DNA from: Clostridiales bacterium
GTDB lineage: Bacteria > Bacillota > Clostridia > Oscillospirales > Oscillospiraceae
Assembly (NCBI GenBank): GCA_021203685.1
Contig: JAJQAS010000223.1
Coordinates: forward strand, 7,207-56,971
Length of the DNA stretch: 49,765 nt
Direction: 5' to 3'
Both the position numbers and the translations under genes were made by a program. Shown in pieces: positions 48,614-49,765 of this stretch. The notes under the pieces were generated by a model, which did not search any database, had not been told where the DNA came from, and saw only the letters and a program-made list of their open reading frames with translations. Each line of letters starts with the position of its first letter. Within the stretch, counting starts at the first letter, position 1.

Positions 48614-49540
48614 TTAGTCCAAAATCGGGGTGATGGCGGCGATGGCGTCCCGCATTTCAAGAGCGGCGGCGCGGGCCGCGTCCTGATAGTCCGCACCAGA
48701 GTTGCCCGTCTTTTTCCAGGCGCACATGATACCCCGGGAGGAGTTGACCACTGCGCCGTGGCCCCGCTCATCGAAGGCGAAGCGCACGTCCTCGGCGGTG
48801 CCGCCCTGGGCGCCGTAGCCGGGGACCAGCAGGAAGGTGTGGGGCAGCGCTTTCCGCAGCTGAGCCAGCTGCTCCGGCCAGGTAGCTCCCACCACGGCTC
48901 CCACCCGGTTGTAGCCGTAGCAGTCCAGATAGCCCTCGCCCCACTTGGCGGTGAGACCACCCATGACGTCGTAGATTTTCCCGCCGCCGATCTCCAGGTC
49001 TTGCAGGTCCACGGCAGAGGGGTTGGAGGTGCGCACCAGCACAAAGAGAGCCTTGTCCTCCTGGTTGGCGATTTTCAGGAAGGGGTTCACCGCGTCCGCG
49101 CCCATGTAGCCGTTGACGGTGACGCAGTCCGCGTCGAAGCAGGGCAGCTGCGCGCCGCCCACCACGGTTCTGCCCAGCCAGCCCTCGGCATAGGCGGAGG
49201 CGGTGGCCCCGATGTCGCCCCGCTTCACGTCTGCGATGACGTACATGCCCTTTTCTTTGGCATAGCGAATGGTGCGTTCCAGCATCTCCATCCCCTCCCA
49301 GCCCAGCAGCTCATAGTAGGCGGCCTGGGGCTTCACGGCGGGGACGATGTCGCACAGCGCGTCGATGAGGCCGCGGTTGAAGGCGAAAATGGCCTCCGCC
49401 GCAGCCCTCCGGGTCTCGCCGTACTGGGCGATGGCCCGGTCGATCATGGGCTGGGGGACGTACTCCAGCCGGGCGTCCAGCCCGGCCACGGTGGGGTTCT
49501 TGGTGCGGATGATTTTCTCCTGCAAACGGTCAAAAGACAT
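48614..49540 (-). CDS. pyrF: Orotidine-5'-phosphate decarboxylase
   Basis: VAGLD, AVKPQ.AYYE, IADVKRGDIG.T, LVRTSNPS, GAVVGAT, LVPGYGAQGG, VNSSRGI. Confidence 0.96.
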   Translation of the reverse strand: MSFDRLQEKIIRTKNPTVAGLDARLEYVPQPMIDRAIAQYGETRRAAAEAIFAFNRGLIDALCDIVPAVKPQAAYYELLGWEGMEMLERTIRYAKEKGMYVIADVKRGDIGATASAYAEGWLGRTVVGGAQLPCFDADCVTVNGYMGADAVNPFLKIANQEDKALFVLVRTSNPSAVDLQDLEIGGGKIYDVMGGLTAKWGEGYLDCYGYNRVGAVVGATWPEQLAQLRKALPHTFLLVPGYGAQGGTAEDVRFAFDERGHGAVVNSSRGIMCAWKKTGNSGADYQDAARAAALEMRDAIAAITPILD

Positions 49541-49578
49541 ATGATTTCTCTCCCTGTTCAGTTTTGGGATATGCTTCC

Positions 49579-49765
49579 TTACTCATCGTAACGATAAATG
49601 ATGTTGCCTCCCACGATGGTGTATTTCACCTTTCCCTTCACCTGCATCCCGGCGAAGGGCGTGTTGCGGCCCTTGGAGCGGAAGTCGCCGGGGTCGATGG
49701 TCCACGCCTCGTTGGGGTCGAAGATGGTCAGGTCGGCATCGGCCCCCATGCTCAGGCTGCCCTTG
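49579..49765 (-). CDS. pyrC: Dihydroorotase, C-terminal fragment (truncated by window edge; not in the ORF track)
   Basis: Minus strand reads KGSLSMGADADLTIFDP...FRSKGRNTPFAG..VKGKVKYTIVGG; lies upstream of pyrF. Confidence 0.9.
   Translation of the reverse strand, partial: KGSLSMGADADLTIFDPNEAWTIDPGDFRSKGRNTPFAGMQVKGKVKYTIVGGNIIYRYDE

Overview
GC-rich chromosomal window, most likely from an anaerobic Clostridia-class Firmicute (inferred from gene content: spore-type amidase, [FeFe]-hydrogenase maturases, pyrK/pyrD type 1B, sigmaA promoters). It is mostly housekeeping: lysC (partial), M18 aminopeptidase, glnS, PTS EIIA, tRNA-Gln(CTG), murC, an F1Fo ATP synthase operon (atpB-E-F-A-G-D-C, no free delta gene, delta-like domain fused to alpha), ymdB, lepB, SPFH plus RHH, serC-serA, NYN, hydF-TM1266-hydG, sbcDC, TetR, lipoproteins, ATP-grasp, rubrerythrin, amidase, rsmA and pyrC(partial)-F-K-D. 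There are two accessory blocks: a Ser/Thr kinase + HTH + lipoprotein + small membrane protein module (7.2-10.1 kb) and an AraC/fucO/esterase/GPH transporter/LysR/tannase catabolic cluster (10.2-18.6 kb). The most unusual signals are non-coding: (i) two near-identical ~175-bp heptamer-bounded hairpin cassettes that bracket atpE, part of a wider family of heptamer arrays sitting just after stop codons; (ii) a candidate ~147-nt structured sRNA with its own promoter and terminator; (iii) a tandem twin-hairpin motif in the serC leader; (iv) a promoter-leader-terminator upstream of hydF; (v) a 160-bp IS5-like MITE with a TTAG duplication. No CRISPR, prophage, integrase or transposase gene was seen. 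All calls come from reading motifs by eye; no database searches were run.
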